18,435 nt of DNA from Oopsacas minuta (taxonomy: Eukaryota > Animalia > Porifera), in NCBI GenBank assembly GCA_024704765.1, contig JAKMXF010000120.1:1-18435 (forward strand), given 5' to 3'. Position numbers and translations under genes: made by a program. Below are positions 16,791-18,435 of the stretch, piece after piece. The first letter of the stretch is position 1; every line of letters starts with the position of its first letter. A model generated the notes under the pieces. It did not search any database. It had not been told where the DNA came from and saw only the letters and a list, made by a program, of their open reading frames with translations.

Positions 16791-18280
16791 AGATAACTGA
16801 TCTCTTATTGCTAATCAAATTTGCTGCACTTTTAAACTGCTATTAGCTATTTAGGTTTATACAAGCATTGCACACTTATATAATGTATAATATTGAGTTC
16901 TATGAAATTCACATTTAAACGTATTAACCTTTGTAATTAATTAGGGGCGGATCCAGGATTGTGGGGGGAGCTTGGTGTTGTGAGCATTTGGATCGAATGA
17001 TTTCCAGATACGTGATATTAAAACGATAAAGGAAGAACATCATTAAATAATAGAATTACGCGAATTAATATTTAAAATATTTTCAATCTTCTTAGCTTAA
17101 TTAAATATTTAATATTTTTGTTTCAGCTCTACCGCCCGCATCAAGTTTACCTGTCACATGAATATTGTCATTATTGCACCATTTTATCAGTGAATTCAAC
17201 TACACAATATATTTACTAACTAACGGGCGAATAGAAGTGATTTTATCTTCACAGACCTCCTTTAACACGCTTTCATGAATTCCACTTTATATTATTATGA
17301 TGTCATGAAATAATGCGATATGATAATGAAATACCGCCCGCCCACATGCTTAGATGAACCAGCGTGTGGAACTGAAACAAGTTTCTCATTAACAGGGAAT
17401 AGTATAGATCGTTTTTTCATACTTGCCCCCAGCGGGACTTGCTCGTTACGCAACTGTATCCAAGTTCTATAATATTAATCATCATCCAGTGTATCAAAAC
17501 AGCTGAGTAGAAATAGTTTCATAATTAAGTAAAATAATTCCGCCCAGTATAATCTTTCTAGAACAATTCTGGAGAAATAATACCCAAAACGTAAGTACAC
17601 TTCATCATAAATAGTTCAAATATAAGAAAATACTTTCTTACTAATCAACAACACTTTATCTCTATGCAAAAAGAGATAAGTTATTTTGTTTATTAATAGA
17701 GACGTATACAAATCTAGGTTCCAATTCAGTAAACTTCGAACTTTTGAAAGGTCAAAGTTGCAACTCACCACACGAAAATATTAAAGTCACTATTCGGCAA
17801 TTAAGAAAATATCAGAAGTGAAAGTATTATACATCCGCTCTTTATCGGAAGTAACGTTTGTATATGTAACTTATCTTCTGTTGGCGTAAGTTTAGGTTCT
17901 GGCTAGAGTAGACCTGTTGATAAATTATTCAAACTTTTTTGACTAATTCCAATTTTTACGGATTATATTTTAAACTAACTAATCATATCAGATTTGTACA
18001 ATTGGTAGAATTTCACTGTTAGTACCTCAGACTTTAGGAGTAGTATTCGTAATTATATCAAGTCAGCGTCTTCTCATTATACTCATTACTGACATATTCA
18101 ACCTCGGTTTTGTGTGGACAGGAATGATTGTAGAAATATTCAAGAGGGGGACGACCGACCTGGTTTTTTGTAAAATATATTTATTTAATACCAAATTCAA
18201 ATACAGTACTTAGAATCTCGTAAATACTAACTTCCCACGTAGCCCACCATAGACAATGGTACTCTGTTGCATACCATATA

Positions 18281-18435
18281 CAGTAGAACTCGGATAAGAC
18301 GTACACTTGGTTAAGACGTACTATTTCTTATATCCCTAAATACAGTCATCATTATTTGTAATGCAAACATATTCGGATAAGACGTACACTCGGTTAAGAC
18401 GTACTAATTTCTGTTTCCCGAGGGGGTACGTCTTA
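18281..18435. mobile_element. Family-F TA-flanked MITE running off the right edge
   Basis: TA-CAGTAGAACTCGGATAAGACGTACAC. Four (G/T)TAAGACGTAC-type repeats. The window ends within the inverted copy GTACGTCTTA. Confidence 0.8.

Noticed and set aside
18038-18160. Possible minus-strand terminal exon VGRPPLEYFYNHSCPHKTEVEY...
   Set aside because: 33 open codons after a weak, A-rich acceptor. No recognisable homology and no partner exon in the window.

Overview
AT-rich, intron-containing eukaryotic (animal-type) genomic DNA. It is not prokaryotic, and I found no rRNA, tRNA or CRISPR features. The gene style (short NHL-propeller genes, small single-exon divergent bZIPs, dense TA-flanked MITEs) suggests a sponge such as a hexactinellid, but that is inference only. 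Contents: (1) the 3' end of an NHL-repeat gene (1-309, +). (2) A multi-exon splicing factor 1 gene (SF1/BBP, +) whose visible coding exons run from 726 to at least 4620. Splice phase and composition suggest it continues at 9193-9590 and 10065-10070. (3) A two-exon HIP1/HIP1R/Sla2 gene (7907-5137, -) that on this model lies wholly inside a 4.6-kb SF1 intron, and carries a 1-nt frameshift at an A5 run. (4) Two paralogous single-exon Maf/Fos-like bZIP genes (12125-12535 and 16374-16790) in which Lys replaces the invariant basic-region Asn. (5) Many non-autonomous DNA transposons: TA-flanked Tc1/mariner-pogo-type MITEs and 8-bp-TSD hAT-type MITEs. The SF1 N-terminal exons are not in the window, which suggests the NHL gene is also nested in an SF1 intron. 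The main candidate novelty is an essential spliceosomal gene hosting nested genes, plus the Asn-to-Lys bZIP family. Comparisons to human, yeast and other reference proteins are from memory and need database confirmation.
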